64,000 bases of DNA, taken from contig CANJUR010000015.1 in assembly GCA_947477565.1 (NCBI GenBank), positions 13,470-77,469 of the forward strand, in the 5' to 3' direction. The stretch is from Deltaproteobacteria bacterium. Its GTDB lineage: Bacteria; Myxococcota_A; Polyangia; Polyangiales; Ga0077539. The notes under the pieces were generated by a model. It did no database searches, was not told where the DNA came from, and worked only from the letters and a program-made list of their open reading frames with translations. The position numbers and the translations under genes were made by a program. Shown piece by piece: positions 13,917 through 23,498 of the stretch. The number at the start of each line of letters is the position of its first letter. The first letter of the stretch is position 1.

Positions 13917-14237
13917 CGCTCACTCAGTCCTTCGGTCAGGCTCAGCGTCCCGACCCCGTTGCTTCCGGTGTCTTCTTCTCTTGTTCAGGGAGAATTGAAT
14001 TCAATTAAACAGTCGTAGAAATAGGTCCTGTGGACACAGTGGAAAACACCGTTCTGGCTATGCCTGCCAGCCGATGCGCTGGGGAAGCCGACCGGGGCGT
14101 CAACTGTTGAACCGCAGGGGACGAAACGCACCGTACGCCATCCACAGCCCTGTCCACAGTCCTCGTCACCAGGGAAGCACACGGTGCCGCCCACAGGGTT
14201 GTCCACAGCCCAGTGATCATCGTCGGTTTCAGGGAAA
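13917..14237. promoter_or_regulatory. Candidate oriC core (dnaA-dnaN spacer) with DnaA-box cluster and AT-rich element
   Basis: Box-like 9-mers: TGTGGACAC 14029-14037, AGTGGAAAA 14038-14046, CATCCACAG 14139-14147, TGTCCACAG 14151-14159, GCCCACAG 14189-14196, TTGTCCACA 14199-14207. The only AT-rich stretch is about 13985-14025. Confidence 0.6.
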
Positions 14238-15776
14238 TCATCGTGCGGCGTACTCGCCCACCCCGACCGTGACCTCCATGGCCGGGGCGGCAAAACCCAG
14301 CTTGAGCGAGATGGACTCCAGGGCCGCGGCGACCTCCAGGTCGTCCAAACGAAGCCTCGTCACCTTGCGCACGGACGACATCACCGTGGTGTGGTCCTTC
14401 CCGTTGAAGCGCGCGCCGATCTGCGGAAACGACGTCCCGAGGTGCGTGCGCGCAAGGTACATCGCCACCTGCCGCGGGAGCGCGACCTCCTTGTGGCGAT
14501 CCTTCCCGGTCAGCTGAACCATCTTGATGCGGTAGTGCTCGCAGACCGCCCGCTGGACGTCCTCCACGGTGGTCACCGCGGGCTTCGACCCGATGCGCAG
14601 GGTCTCCCGCGCCAGCGCTGCGTCGATCACCCCGCGCCCGTTCAGGCTCGCCCGAATCGAGAGCTTCATCAGCATGCCCTCAAGCTCGCGCACGTTGCTC
14701 CCGGCGCTCGCGATCAGCGCCGCGGTCTCGTCGTCGAGCTTCATCCCGTCCTGCTCGGCCTTCTTCCGCAGAATCGCGATGCGCGTCTCCAACTCCGGCG
14801 GATACACCTCCGCGACGAGCCCGCTCGCGAAGCGGGAGAGCAGCCGCTCGGCCATGCCCTGGAGATTCTGCGGCAGCACGTCGCTCGTAAGAACGATCGG
14901 GATGTCCTTCTGGTAGAGCGCGTTGAAGGTGTGGAAGAACTCCTCCTGGGTGCCCACCTTGCCCGCGAGAAACTGCACGTCGTCGATGAGAAGCCCGTCG
15001 CACTCGTTGCGGTAGCGCGCGCGAAACTCGTCCATTCGCTTCTGCCCGATCGCCGCTACGTACTCGTTCATGAAGCTCTCGGCGCTCATGTAGACGATGT
15101 GTGCGCCAGGCTTCTGCTCGAGTATCCGGTGGCCAATCGCGTTGGAGAGGTGCGTCTTGCCAAGGCCCGTTCCGCCGCAGAGAAAGAGCACGTTGACGCG
15201 CCGACCCGCGATGTTCGACATGGCCTGCGCCATCGCGTGGGCGATGTTGTTCGACGGGCCCATCACGAAGGTGTCGAAGGTGTACTTGGGCGAGAGCCCG
15301 CAGCCGGCCGATCCGCTGGCCGCGCCGGGGTTCTGCACGTGCACGGGGGCACGGGTGGACACCGGCGGGGCCATGGTGCGCGCGGGTGCTCTCGGGGCCG
15401 CGGACACACCGGGCGACGCCGCCGGGGGGGCGACGCTCGACGCCGCTGCGGTGGGGCGAGGCGCCGGGCGAGGCAACGGGGGCGGAGGCCTCGGAGCGGA
15501 TCGCGGCGCGGTGGAAGCACCGCTCTTCGCGCTGGCCGCCCAATGGATCACCCAGGTCTTCCCGGTGAAATACTTGAGGGTCTCCTCGAGGACCGGGACG
15601 TAGCCCTTGGTCACCCACTCGCGCGCAAAGTCATTGGGGGCGCGAAGCAACAACACCCCGTCGGCCGCGTCGAGGGCCTCCAGGGGGCGCAGTAGCTTGT
15701 CGATCATCTGCTCGCCGACGCGGCCGCGCAGCGCCTCGAGCACCTTGTCCCAAAGCTGGTTGGCCTCGTCACCCAC
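14238..15776 (-). CDS. dnaA: Chromosomal replication initiator protein DnaA
   Basis: Contains Walker A GGTGLGKTHL, LLIDDVQFLAGK and C-terminal DNA-binding FNGKDHTTVMSSVRKV. A long Pro/Ala linker follows domain I. GTG start at 15776. Confidence 0.97.
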   Translation of the reverse strand: MGDEANQLWDKVLEALRGRVGEQMIDKLLRPLEALDAADGVLLLRAPNDFAREWVTKGYVPVLEETLKYFTGKTWVIHWAASAKSGASTAPRSAPRPPPPLPRPAPRPTAAASSVAPPAASPGVSAAPRAPARTMAPPVSTRAPVHVQNPGAASGSAGCGLSPKYTFDTFVMGPSNNIAHAMAQAMSNIAGRRVNVLFLCGGTGLGKTHLSNAIGHRILEQKPGAHIVYMSAESFMNEYVAAIGQKRMDEFRARYRNECDGLLIDDVQFLAGKVGTQEEFFHTFNALYQKDIPIVLTSDVLPQNLQGMAERLLSRFASGLVAEVYPPELETRIAILRKKAEQDGMKLDDETAALIASAGSNVRELEGMLMKLSIRASLNGRGVIDAALARETLRIGSKPAVTTVEDVQRAVCEHYRIKMVQLTGKDRHKEVALPRQVAMYLARTHLGTSFPQIGARFNGKDHTTVMSSVRKVTRLRLDDLEVAAALESISLKLGFAAPAMEVTVGVGEYAAR

Positions 15777-15790
15777 GGCGGTACAACATC

Positions 15791-15960
15791 CTGTCCACAG
15801 CGTTTTCCACAGCCCCGAACCGACCGGGTCTGAATGGGCTCCAGCATCGTGGAAGTTGTCTGCCAGCGCGAGAAATCGACGAGATCACTCAACGCCTCGG
15901 CAGGGAGTTGTCCACAGGCCCACCGGGGGGGCTGTGGAAAACCCGGCGGGAAGTGGACAG
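15791..15960. promoter_or_regulatory. Second DnaA-box cluster upstream of dnaA
   Basis: Boxes: CTGTCCACAG 15791-15800, TTTTCCACA 15803-15811, TTGTCCACA 15908-15916, then inverted TGTGGAAAA 15933-15941 and AGTGGACAG 15952-15960. Confidence 0.55.
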
Positions 15961-15991
15961 CCCCGGGTCGGCGTTCTATCCGCGGAGGTCT

Positions 15992-16882
15992 ATGGATCTG
16001 CCTGTGCTCGCCCGATCGTTGTGCTGCGCGACCGCGCTGGCCCTGATCCCATCGGTCGCGCTGGGGCAGGTGCAGTCCGCGCCGGAGACCCCGGTCACCA
16101 CTCGCACCATGGCCCTCGGCGGCGGCACCCACGCCATCGCGCAGAGCACCTCGGCGCTCTACGTCAACCCCGCGGCCATGAGCATGTCCCGCGTCTATCA
16201 CGTAGACAGCGCGATTCTCTTCGACCCATCCGCAGGCCGCTGGTCGTTCGGCGGCGCGATCGTCGATTCGACGCGCACGGTTGGGGCGGGCCTCGCCTAC
16301 CACTACTCCCTCATCGACGGCGACACGCGCAACCACGACGTCCGCATTGCCCTCGCCGCGACGCTCACCGAGGGCGTGAGCATCGGTCTCACGGGCCGTT
16401 ACCTCGATTACATCGGCACGCCCACCGCCAACGGCGTGCGGGGCATCGCGTACTCGGGCTTCACCGTTGACGCCGGCATCGCCCTGAAGCCGTGGTCATG
16501 GCTGCAGTTGGGCATTACCGGCTACTCGCTGAGCAACCCAGAGACGGCCCTCTCGCCGCTCTCCATCGGCGGCGGCATCGGCATCGTTCCAATCGACACG
16601 CTGCACATCGTGGCCGACACCGTATGGGACGTGAACTCCTTCCCCAGCGGGCCCCGCGCGCGCTGGTCAGGCGGCGTGGAGTTTCTCGCGAGCCGGGTTC
16701 CGCTGCGCATCGGCTACACCTACGACGACATTCGAATCAACCATCCAGTGCACCTCATCACCGCGGGACTCGGGTACATCGACCAGATGTTCGCGGTGGA
16801 GGCCGCCCTGCGGCAGGAGGTCTCCGGCGGGTCGCAGTCCACGCTGCTGCTCAACGTCCGCTACTTCCACCGACTTTTGTAG
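15992..16882 (+). CDS. Putative outer-membrane beta-barrel protein
   Basis: Signal peptide MDLPVLARSLCCATALALIPSVALGQ. Alternating hydrophobic beta-strand pattern with repeated aromatic/Gly motifs (GAGLAYHYS, GLTGRYLDY, GITGYSLS, RIGYTYDD, LLLNVRYF). Start is the ATG at 15992. Confidence 0.6.
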   Translation: MDLPVLARSLCCATALALIPSVALGQVQSAPETPVTTRTMALGGGTHAIAQSTSALYVNPAAMSMSRVYHVDSAILFDPSAGRWSFGGAIVDSTRTVGAGLAYHYSLIDGDTRNHDVRIALAATLTEGVSIGLTGRYLDYIGTPTANGVRGIAYSGFTVDAGIALKPWSWLQLGITGYSLSNPETALSPLSIGGGIGIVPIDTLHIVADTVWDVNSFPSGPRARWSGGVEFLASRVPLRIGYTYDDIRINHPVHLITAGLGYIDQMFAVEAALRQEVSGGSQSTLLLNVRYFHRLL

Positions 16883-16911
16883 TCCCCGCAAATACAAGAC
16901 CTGGTATTCCC

Positions 16912-17898
16912 TCACCAGGCCAGCACGATCTTCCCGACGGTCTCGTCGCGCGCCATGCGCCCGTGCGCCGCGCGAACCTCCGTCATCGGAAGCACCGCGT
17001 CCACCACCGGGCGCAGCGCCCCGCGCGCAAAGCCGGGCAGCACCGCGTTCGCGAACCCGCGCGCCAGGGCGATCTTTTCTTCGAGCGGGCGGCTGCGCAG
17101 TACGGTGCCCTTGATGGTCACCCGGCGGGAGAGCGCGAGGCCCATCGGAACCGTCGCCGTGGCTCCGCCCATCGTCGCGAGCAGCACCACCCGCGCCCGC
17201 GGCGCCACGCACCGCAGGCTCTCCGCCAGGTAGGTGCCGCCCACGAGGTCGATCACCACCGTCACGCCCGCGTCTCCGGTACGCGCCAGAACCGCGTCGG
17301 CGAAGCGCCCCTCCTGCGCCAGAACCGCCTCCTCGAGGCCCCACTCCGCGCACCGCGCCAGCTTCGCCGCGCTACGCCCGGTGCCGATCACCCGCGCTCC
17401 CATCGCCTTCGCCAGTTGCGTCGCCGCGGTGCCCACGCCGCTCGCCGCCGCGTGCACCAGAACCACGTCCCCCATCCCCGCCTCGGCCTGCACCAGCGCG
17501 TCCCACGCCGTCGCAAACGCCTCGGGAATCGCCGCTGCATCGGTGAGCGCCATGCCCGCCGGTACGGCCATGAGTTCGCGGTGGTGCACCACCAGGGCCT
17601 CGGCCATGGCCCCGCCGCCCACCAGACCCATCACCCGGTCGCCCACGGCGACGCCCCGTACCTCCGCGCCGAGCGCCTCGACCACGCCCGCATATTCCAG
17701 CCCCGGGACATCCGACAGCACCCCGGGCGGCGCTGGGTAAAGTCCCGCGCGCTGCATCAGATCGGCCCGGTTGAGCCCCGCGGCCGCCACGCGCACGCGC
17801 ACCTCGCCCGGCCCCGGATCGCGCAGGGACACCTCCCCGAGATCGAGCACCTCAACGCCACCAGGCTCCCGGATGCGCACCGCGCGAAGGGTCTTCAT
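16912..17898 (-). CDS. NAD(P)H:quinone oxidoreductase, zeta-crystallin/MDR family
   Basis: Contains VRVRVAAAGLNRADLMQRAGLYP and the Rossmann motif AAASGVGTAATQLAK. Start is the ATG at 17898 (MKTLRAV). Confidence 0.85.
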   Translation of the reverse strand: MKTLRAVRIREPGGVEVLDLGEVSLRDPGPGEVRVRVAAAGLNRADLMQRAGLYPAPPGVLSDVPGLEYAGVVEALGAEVRGVAVGDRVMGLVGGGAMAEALVVHHRELMAVPAGMALTDAAAIPEAFATAWDALVQAEAGMGDVVLVHAAASGVGTAATQLAKAMGARVIGTGRSAAKLARCAEWGLEEAVLAQEGRFADAVLARTGDAGVTVVIDLVGGTYLAESLRCVAPRARVVLLATMGGATATVPMGLALSRRVTIKGTVLRSRPLEEKIALARGFANAVLPGFARGALRPVVDAVLPMTEVRAAHGRMARDETVGKIVLAW

Positions 17899-17908
17899 CC
17901 GCGGCACT

Positions 17909-19204
17909 CTACCGCTCGCGTACCTGGGCTGCGATGGACTGCACGATGTCGTTCATCGCCGGTGTGAGCGGTCGGCGGCGAGTGTTGTGCAGCGCCCGTC
18001 GCGCGGTCATCACGTCGCCCGTGCGAGCCGCAAACCAGGCGTTGCGCAGGTGTCCCGACGGATCGCGCGGACGCATCTGGGTCATCGCGTCGAGCTGGTG
18101 CGCATCGGAGGTGAAACCCGTCGCCGTCTGCCGCGCCATGGACCCGAGCAGCAGCAGCAACGCCAGCGCGCAGCCCGCCACGAGGGTTCGCGTCGCTGCG
18201 GAGAGCGCGTGGATCCAGGCCGGCGGTGGGGCGCGAAGTATCGCCACGGTGAGCAGCCCCGCGGCCCCGGCGAGGTAGCGGTCGAACCCATACGCGAGCG
18301 TGTCGGCGCGCAGCACCAGCGGCAGCACGGAGAGCACTGCGCCCAGGACGAGCACCGCCGCGCCGCGGGCCCCGCGTCGCCAGAGGAATACACTCACCAG
18401 TAAAGGTAGCGCGGCCGTGAGGCCCTCGGCGGGGGTGAGCGGGAGGGAGAGTTCCCAGTGCGGCAGGCGCAGGGCGGTCTCCGTGGGGACGAGCAGCGCG
18501 CGGGTGGCGATGGATACCGCGCGGGGTACGCGCCCGGCCCACAGGGCGAGGTGGGCGAGCGTCGGGCGGACTCCGAATGCGACGACGGTGGCGAGCAGCG
18601 CGCCGAGGGCGAGGGCGAGGGCGGCGCGGCGGGCGCGGGGAGAGGACGGCTCCAGCGCGGCGGCGAGGGCGAGCGCGGCGGCCGCGGGGCCGAGCCCGGG
18701 CGAGGCAACAATACCAAGTAATGTAAAGATGGCGCCGAGGGCCGTGTACCGGTGCTCGAGAGCGAGCGCGAGGGCGGCCAGCGCGGCGACGGCGAGGGCT
18801 TCACCGCGGGCGGAGAGGTGGCCGAAGGACTCCACCAGGGAGGGGTGCAGCGCGAAGGCGCCGAGCACGAAGGCGTGCCAGGGGTGGACGCGGTCGCCGG
18901 GGTGGCGCGCGCGCAGCAGTTGGAGAAGCAGCGCGATGGCGAGGAGGTACAGGGCGAGGGAGAGGAGGTGGTGCAGGAGCACCGCGGTGACGAAACTGCC
19001 TGGCGCGAGTGCGGCGGTGGCCTGGAAGGAGATCTCGACCGGAGGCTGCCAACGGTGTGGCGGGGAGAAGATGTCCGCGCGGGGAAACGGCCGACGCAGC
19101 GGGACCATCTGGAGGTCGTCGAGCAGCGGGTCGCCGGTGAGCGCCGGCCACGCGCAGAGTGAGACCGCGGTGCAGAGCAGGAGCAGCAGCACGGGGCGAC
19201 GCAC
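17909..19204 (-). CDS. Polytopic inner-membrane protein of unknown function (possibly GT-C or O-antigen-polymerase-like)
   Basis: At least 10 Leu/Ala-rich hydrophobic helices and a short soluble C-terminus. The start is placed at the GTG at 19204 (VRRPVLLLLLC), because the longer ORF overlaps the divergent ABC ATPase gene. Confidence 0.55.
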   Translation of the reverse strand: MRRPVLLLLLCTAVSLCAWPALTGDPLLDDLQMVPLRRPFPRADIFSPPHRWQPPVEISFQATAALAPGSFVTAVLLHHLLSLALYLLAIALLLQLLRARHPGDRVHPWHAFVLGAFALHPSLVESFGHLSARGEALAVAALAALALALEHRYTALGAIFTLLGIVASPGLGPAAAALALAAALEPSSPRARRAALALALGALLATVVAFGVRPTLAHLALWAGRVPRAVSIATRALLVPTETALRLPHWELSLPLTPAEGLTAALPLLVSVFLWRRGARGAAVLVLGAVLSVLPLVLRADTLAYGFDRYLAGAAGLLTVAILRAPPPAWIHALSAATRTLVAGCALALLLLLGSMARQTATGFTSDAHQLDAMTQMRPRDPSGHLRNAWFAARTGDVMTARRALHNTRRRPLTPAMNDIVQSIAAQVRER

Positions 19205-19289
19205 GCCCGAAGGTATCGCGAGAACCCAATCCCAGAGGCAGGAGAATGGGATTCCCAACAGCGGGGCACTTCTGGAACACTCCGCGCCC

Positions 19290-20372
19290 GTGGCCGCTGT
19301 TACCCTGCGAGGAATCCGCAAGACGCTCGGTGCCAACCTGATTCTGCGGGGCATCGACCTGGCGCTTACGGATGGGGAGTTCGCGGTGCTGGTCGGCCCT
19401 TCGGGCTGCGGCAAGAGCACCCTGCTTCGCACCGTCGCGGGTCTGGAAGAACCCGACGCCGGCAGCATCCTGCTCGGCGACCGTGACGTGACCCGCGCGC
19501 CCCCGCGCGACCGCGACATCGCGATGGTATTTCAGAGCTACGCGCTCTATCCGCACCTCACGGTGCGGGACAACCTTGCCTTCGGTCTCAAGCTCCGCCG
19601 GGTCGATCCGAAGGAGATCGCCGCGCGCGTGAGCGAGGTGGCCCGCATGCTCACCATCGAAGCTCTTCTCGACCGTTTTCCCCGGGAGATGTCCGGCGGC
19701 CAGCGGCAGCGCGTCGCGATGGGCCGCGCGGTGGTGCGTCGGCCGCAACTCTTCCTCTTCGACGAGCCCTTGAGCAACCTCGACGCGGCGCTGCGCGCGC
19801 AGGTGCGAGTGGAGATCAAGCGCCTCCACGCCAGCCTCGGCGCCACCATGCTCTACGTGACCCACGACCAGGTCGAGGCGATGACCCTCGCCGACCGCCT
19901 CGTGGTGCTGCGCGCCGGCGCCATCGAGCAGGAGGGCCCACCGCTCGAGGTCTACCAGCGCCCCGCCTCGCGCTTCGTCGCGGGCTTCCTGGGCTCCCCC
20001 GCGATGAATTTCTTCACCGGTGCCGTCGACGCCACTGCCCGCTTCGCCGACGCGAAGGGGCTGCGCGTGCCGATCGACCCCGCGCGCTTCGACGCGCTCC
20101 CGCCGGGTCACCCGGTGGTCATCGGCGTGCGCCCGCACGACGTCATTCCCGACCCCGATGGCGCCATCGATCTGCACGTCGAGGTGGTCGAGCCGATGGG
20201 CTTCGAGGCCTACGCCCACGGCACCGTCGGCGACGTCCCCTTCGTCGCCCGCCTCGAGGGCGGCGCCGCTCTCCCGCGCCCCGGCGAGCGCCTTCCCCTC
20301 CGCGTCCAGGCCGCCGCGGTGCACCTCTTCGACCCGACGACGGAGCGATCCCTCGACGCAGGCCGGTCGTGA
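19290..20372 (+). CDS. Sugar ABC transporter ATP-binding protein (MalK/UgpC/MsiK type)
   Basis: Contains Walker A GPSGCGKST, Q-loop, signature MSGGQRQRVAMGRA, Walker B LFLFDEPLSNLD and a C-terminal TOBE-like regulatory domain. GTG start at 19290 (VAAVTLRGIRK). Confidence 0.9.
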   Translation: MAAVTLRGIRKTLGANLILRGIDLALTDGEFAVLVGPSGCGKSTLLRTVAGLEEPDAGSILLGDRDVTRAPPRDRDIAMVFQSYALYPHLTVRDNLAFGLKLRRVDPKEIAARVSEVARMLTIEALLDRFPREMSGGQRQRVAMGRAVVRRPQLFLFDEPLSNLDAALRAQVRVEIKRLHASLGATMLYVTHDQVEAMTLADRLVVLRAGAIEQEGPPLEVYQRPASRFVAGFLGSPAMNFFTGAVDATARFADAKGLRVPIDPARFDALPPGHPVVIGVRPHDVIPDPDGAIDLHVEVVEPMGFEAYAHGTVGDVPFVARLEGGAALPRPGERLPLRVQAAAVHLFDPTTERSLDAGRS

Positions 20373-22552
20373 CCGGTCGCCTCTGCCGGGCCCTCGGCCT
20401 CGCGCTCTTCCTCGCCGCGCCGTCGGTCTCCGCGCAGCACCTCACGCTCTGGCACGCCTACCGCGGCGCCGAGCAGACCGCCCTCGACCAGGTGCTCGAC
20501 GCCTGGCGTCGCGCGCACCCGACGGCCACCCTCGACGTGCTCGCGGTGCCCTTCGAGGCGTACGCCTCCAAGTTGGAGTCGGCGATACCGCACGACCACG
20601 GCCCGGACGTCTTCCTCGACGCCCACGAGCGCCTCGCCAGCTACCGCGCCCTCGGCCTCGTCACCCCCGTTGCCCGCGCCGCGGAGCCCACGTTTTCCGC
20701 CGTCGCCGCGCGCTTCGACGACACCGCCGTGCGCGCCCTCACCGCCGCGGGTGACCTCTACGCCTTCCCCCTCTCGGTGAAGTGCGTCGCGCTCTTCTAC
20801 AACCCCGCCCTCTGGACCGACCCAGCGCCCCCCGCGACGCTCGAATCCATCGAGGCGTTGCGCCCCCGCCTCGGCTCGGAAACATACCCGCTCGTGTATG
20901 AATCCCAGGGCGCCTACTTCCACGCGCCGCTGCTTCACGCCTACGGCGGCGCCATGCTCGACGACGCGGGCCGCTACACCTTCGTCGGCCCCGCGGCGGA
21001 GCGCTCGCTCCAGCGCGTGATCGCGATGACCCGCGGAAACATCATCCCTGACGAGGCTTCCGGGGCCCTTGTGGCGCAGTTGTTCGCCACCGGCCACGCG
21101 GCCACCGCCATCTCCGGTCCGTGGCTCGCAGCGGACCTCGGATCCAGCGTGTCCTTCCGCGTGGCCCCGCTGCCCGCGCTCGCGGACGCCGACGGTCGTC
21201 GCATGGAGCCGTACGCCACCGTCGAGGGCGCGTTTGTGTCGTCGCACACCCGCGACGCCGCCGCGGCCATCGCGCTCGCGGAGTCCCTCACGGAGGTGCC
21301 CGCAGCGGTGGTTCGCGCCCGCGTCGGTCGCCAGGTGGTCGCCACCCGCGACGCCTGGACGGCCGACCCGGAGCTCGCCCGCGACCCTGTTCTCTCGGTA
21401 TTTCGCGAGGCTGCGGCGCACGCTCGTCCGATGCCCACGCACCCGCACATGCGGGCGGTGTTTGAGCCTGCTCGCCAGGCGATCTTGAAGGCGCTGCGGG
21501 GTGATCGCTCGCCGCGCGTCGCCCTGGAGGAGGGCCTGCATCGCTTCACGGACGTGACCCGCCCGCTCCCCCGGCGGCGCGACGCGACGCTCGCGCTGCT
21601 CCTGCTGGGGATGTTCGCGCTCGGCGTGGTGCTCAACGCCCTCCGCGGCTTACGTGATCCGGTATTCCGTCGGGACCTGCGGCGCTCGCTCCCGGCCTAT
21701 GCGTGGGTGACCCACGCGGCGGTCACGCTGCTGTTGCTTGTGGTGGTCCCGTTGGTGATTGGCGCGGTCACGTCGCTCTACGCCACGCGGGAGGGCCACT
21801 CGTATTACGTGGGCCTCGCCAACTATCTCGACATCCTCACGGCGCGCGGCGGCCCGCTGTTGGCCACCGGGTCTTTCTATCGGGTGTTGTTGGTCACGGT
21901 GCTCTGGACTGTTGCCAACATCACTTTGCATGTCTCCATCGGAGTGGCTCTCGCGCTCTTGCTCTCCCGCCCGCTGCTCCGGCTGAAGGCTCTCTATCGG
22001 GTGTTGCTGATCATCCCGTGGGCTGTTCCTTCTTACGTGACCGCGCTCGCGTGGCGGGGGATGTTTCATCGCCAGTTTGGTGCTGTAAACGCATTGCTTA
22101 CGGCTCTCGGGGGAGAGCCTGTCAGTTGGTTTGCGCGCTTCTCCACGGCCTTCGCGGCCAACGTCACCACCAACGTCTGGCTCGGATTCCCTTTCATGAT
22201 GGTGGTCACCATCGGCGCGCTCGCGGGTATCCCGAAGGACCTCTACGAAGCCGCCGCGGTCGATGGCGCCACGGCCTGGCAGCAGTTCTGGAAGGTGACG
22301 GTGCCGATGCTCCGCCCTGCCATGGGACCCTCCGTGGCCATGGGCGCCGTCTGGACCTTCAACCAGTTCAACGTGGTGTTTCTGGTATCCGGCGGCGAGC
22401 CTGACGGCGAGACGGACATCCTGGTGAGTGAGGCCTACCGCTGGGCCTTCACCCGACAGGCCCAGTACGGCTACGCCTCGGCCTATGCCGTGCTCATCTT
22501 CTTGATTCTCTTGCTGGTGACACGCCGACGCTCCCCGGAGGCGATCCCATGA
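20369..22552 (+). CDS. Fused periplasmic sugar-binding protein (MalE-like) and MalF-like ABC permease
   Basis: Single uninterrupted 727-aa frame. It has a signal peptide plus a family-1 SBP-like half (LTLWHAY...AVPFEAYASKLESAIP...), then TM helices with the EAA loop (YEAAAVDGATAWQQFWKVTVPMLRP). The GTG start overlaps the ATPase stop (GTGA). Confidence 0.85.
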   Translation: MTGRLCRALGLALFLAAPSVSAQHLTLWHAYRGAEQTALDQVLDAWRRAHPTATLDVLAVPFEAYASKLESAIPHDHGPDVFLDAHERLASYRALGLVTPVARAAEPTFSAVAARFDDTAVRALTAAGDLYAFPLSVKCVALFYNPALWTDPAPPATLESIEALRPRLGSETYPLVYESQGAYFHAPLLHAYGGAMLDDAGRYTFVGPAAERSLQRVIAMTRGNIIPDEASGALVAQLFATGHAATAISGPWLAADLGSSVSFRVAPLPALADADGRRMEPYATVEGAFVSSHTRDAAAAIALAESLTEVPAAVVRARVGRQVVATRDAWTADPELARDPVLSVFREAAAHARPMPTHPHMRAVFEPARQAILKALRGDRSPRVALEEGLHRFTDVTRPLPRRRDATLALLLLGMFALGVVLNALRGLRDPVFRRDLRRSLPAYAWVTHAAVTLLLLVVVPLVIGAVTSLYATREGHSYYVGLANYLDILTARGGPLLATGSFYRVLLVTVLWTVANITLHVSIGVALALLLSRPLLRLKALYRVLLIIPWAVPSYVTALAWRGMFHRQFGAVNALLTALGGEPVSWFARFSTAFAANVTTNVWLGFPFMMVVTIGALAGIPKDLYEAAAVDGATAWQQFWKVTVPMLRPAMGPSVAMGAVWTFNQFNVVFLVSGGEPDGETDILVSEAYRWAFTRQAQYGYASAYAVLIFLILLLVTRRRSPEAIP

Positions 22553-23400
22553 ACCGCCGCACTCCCTGGTGGGTCGAGCTGCTCGTGCACGCCGCGCTGC
22601 TGCTCGCGGTGGTCTTCGCGCTCTATCCCGTATTGTGGGTGCTCACGCTCGCCCTCTCCCCCAGCGGAACACCCTCTCCGCACGCCATTCCGTGGCCCGA
22701 ATCGGTGTCTCTCGACAACTTCCGCGCGGTCGCGTTGCAACACGACGCCGCGGGCCGCTGGCTCTTCGGTCGCCAACTCTTCAACTCGGTGTTCGTGGCT
22801 GTCGCCACGGCGGTGACCTCCGTCGCGCTGGCCACCCCGGCGGCGTATGCCATTGCCCGCATGCGCTTCGCGGGAGACCGCACTGGCATGCGCGTCCTAC
22901 TGGCGACACAGATGTTTCCGGGCGTCGCCACGGCGGTGCCTCTGTACGTCATCCTCGATACGCTCAAGTTACTCGACACGCGCGCCGGGCTGGTGCTCGT
23001 TTATGCGACCACCGCGCTGCCCTTTGCGATGTTCCAATTACGCGGTGCCTTCGAGGCGATTCCGCGAGAGCTTGAGGAGGCCGCCATGGTCGATGGCGCC
23101 ACGCGCTGGCAGGCTTTCATCAAAGTTGTTCTCCCGGCGGCGCGACCCGCCATCGCCGTCACCGCCCTCTTCGCGTTCATGTCCGCATGGAACGAATTCA
23201 TCCTCGCAGCGACCTTCTTGTCCCATGAAGAAGCCTTCACGCTCCCGGTGGCGCTGCAGCGCTATGTGGGCGAGCACGACGCCGACTGGGGGCGCTTCGC
23301 AGCGGGCGCCATCGTCGTGAGCGTGCCGGTGATGGCGGTATTCTATGCGGTGCAGCGGCACCTGGTGGGTGGGCTCACGGCCGGTAGCGTAAAGGGCTGA
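22549..23400 (+). CDS. Sugar ABC transporter permease (MalG-like)
   Basis: Six hydrophobic helices and the EAA loop LEEAAMVDGATRWQAFIKVVLPAARP. The ATG overlaps the upstream stop (ATGA). Confidence 0.9.
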   Translation: MNRRTPWWVELLVHAALLLAVVFALYPVLWVLTLALSPSGTPSPHAIPWPESVSLDNFRAVALQHDAAGRWLFGRQLFNSVFVAVATAVTSVALATPAAYAIARMRFAGDRTGMRVLLATQMFPGVATAVPLYVILDTLKLLDTRAGLVLVYATTALPFAMFQLRGAFEAIPRELEEAAMVDGATRWQAFIKVVLPAARPAIAVTALFAFMSAWNEFILAATFLSHEEAFTLPVALQRYVGEHDADWGRFAAGAIVVSVPVMAVFYAVQRHLVGGLTAGSVKG

Positions 23401-23498
23401 CGACCTCCTCCGCGATCGAGGTGGTGGCTGCTGATGTTGTTCAGTGATTCAGAAGCGAAAGCGCGGGGGGAGGTCGGAGTCGGGAGAAGAAAGGGTGA

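Noticed and set aside
17909-19519. Full-length 536-aa version of the membrane-protein ORF, and the 690-aa version of ORF 18300..20372.
   Set aside because: Their N-terminal parts overlap each other antisense and are Ser/Arg-rich. Internal GTG starts at 19204 and 19290 give a sensible 85-nt divergent spacer.
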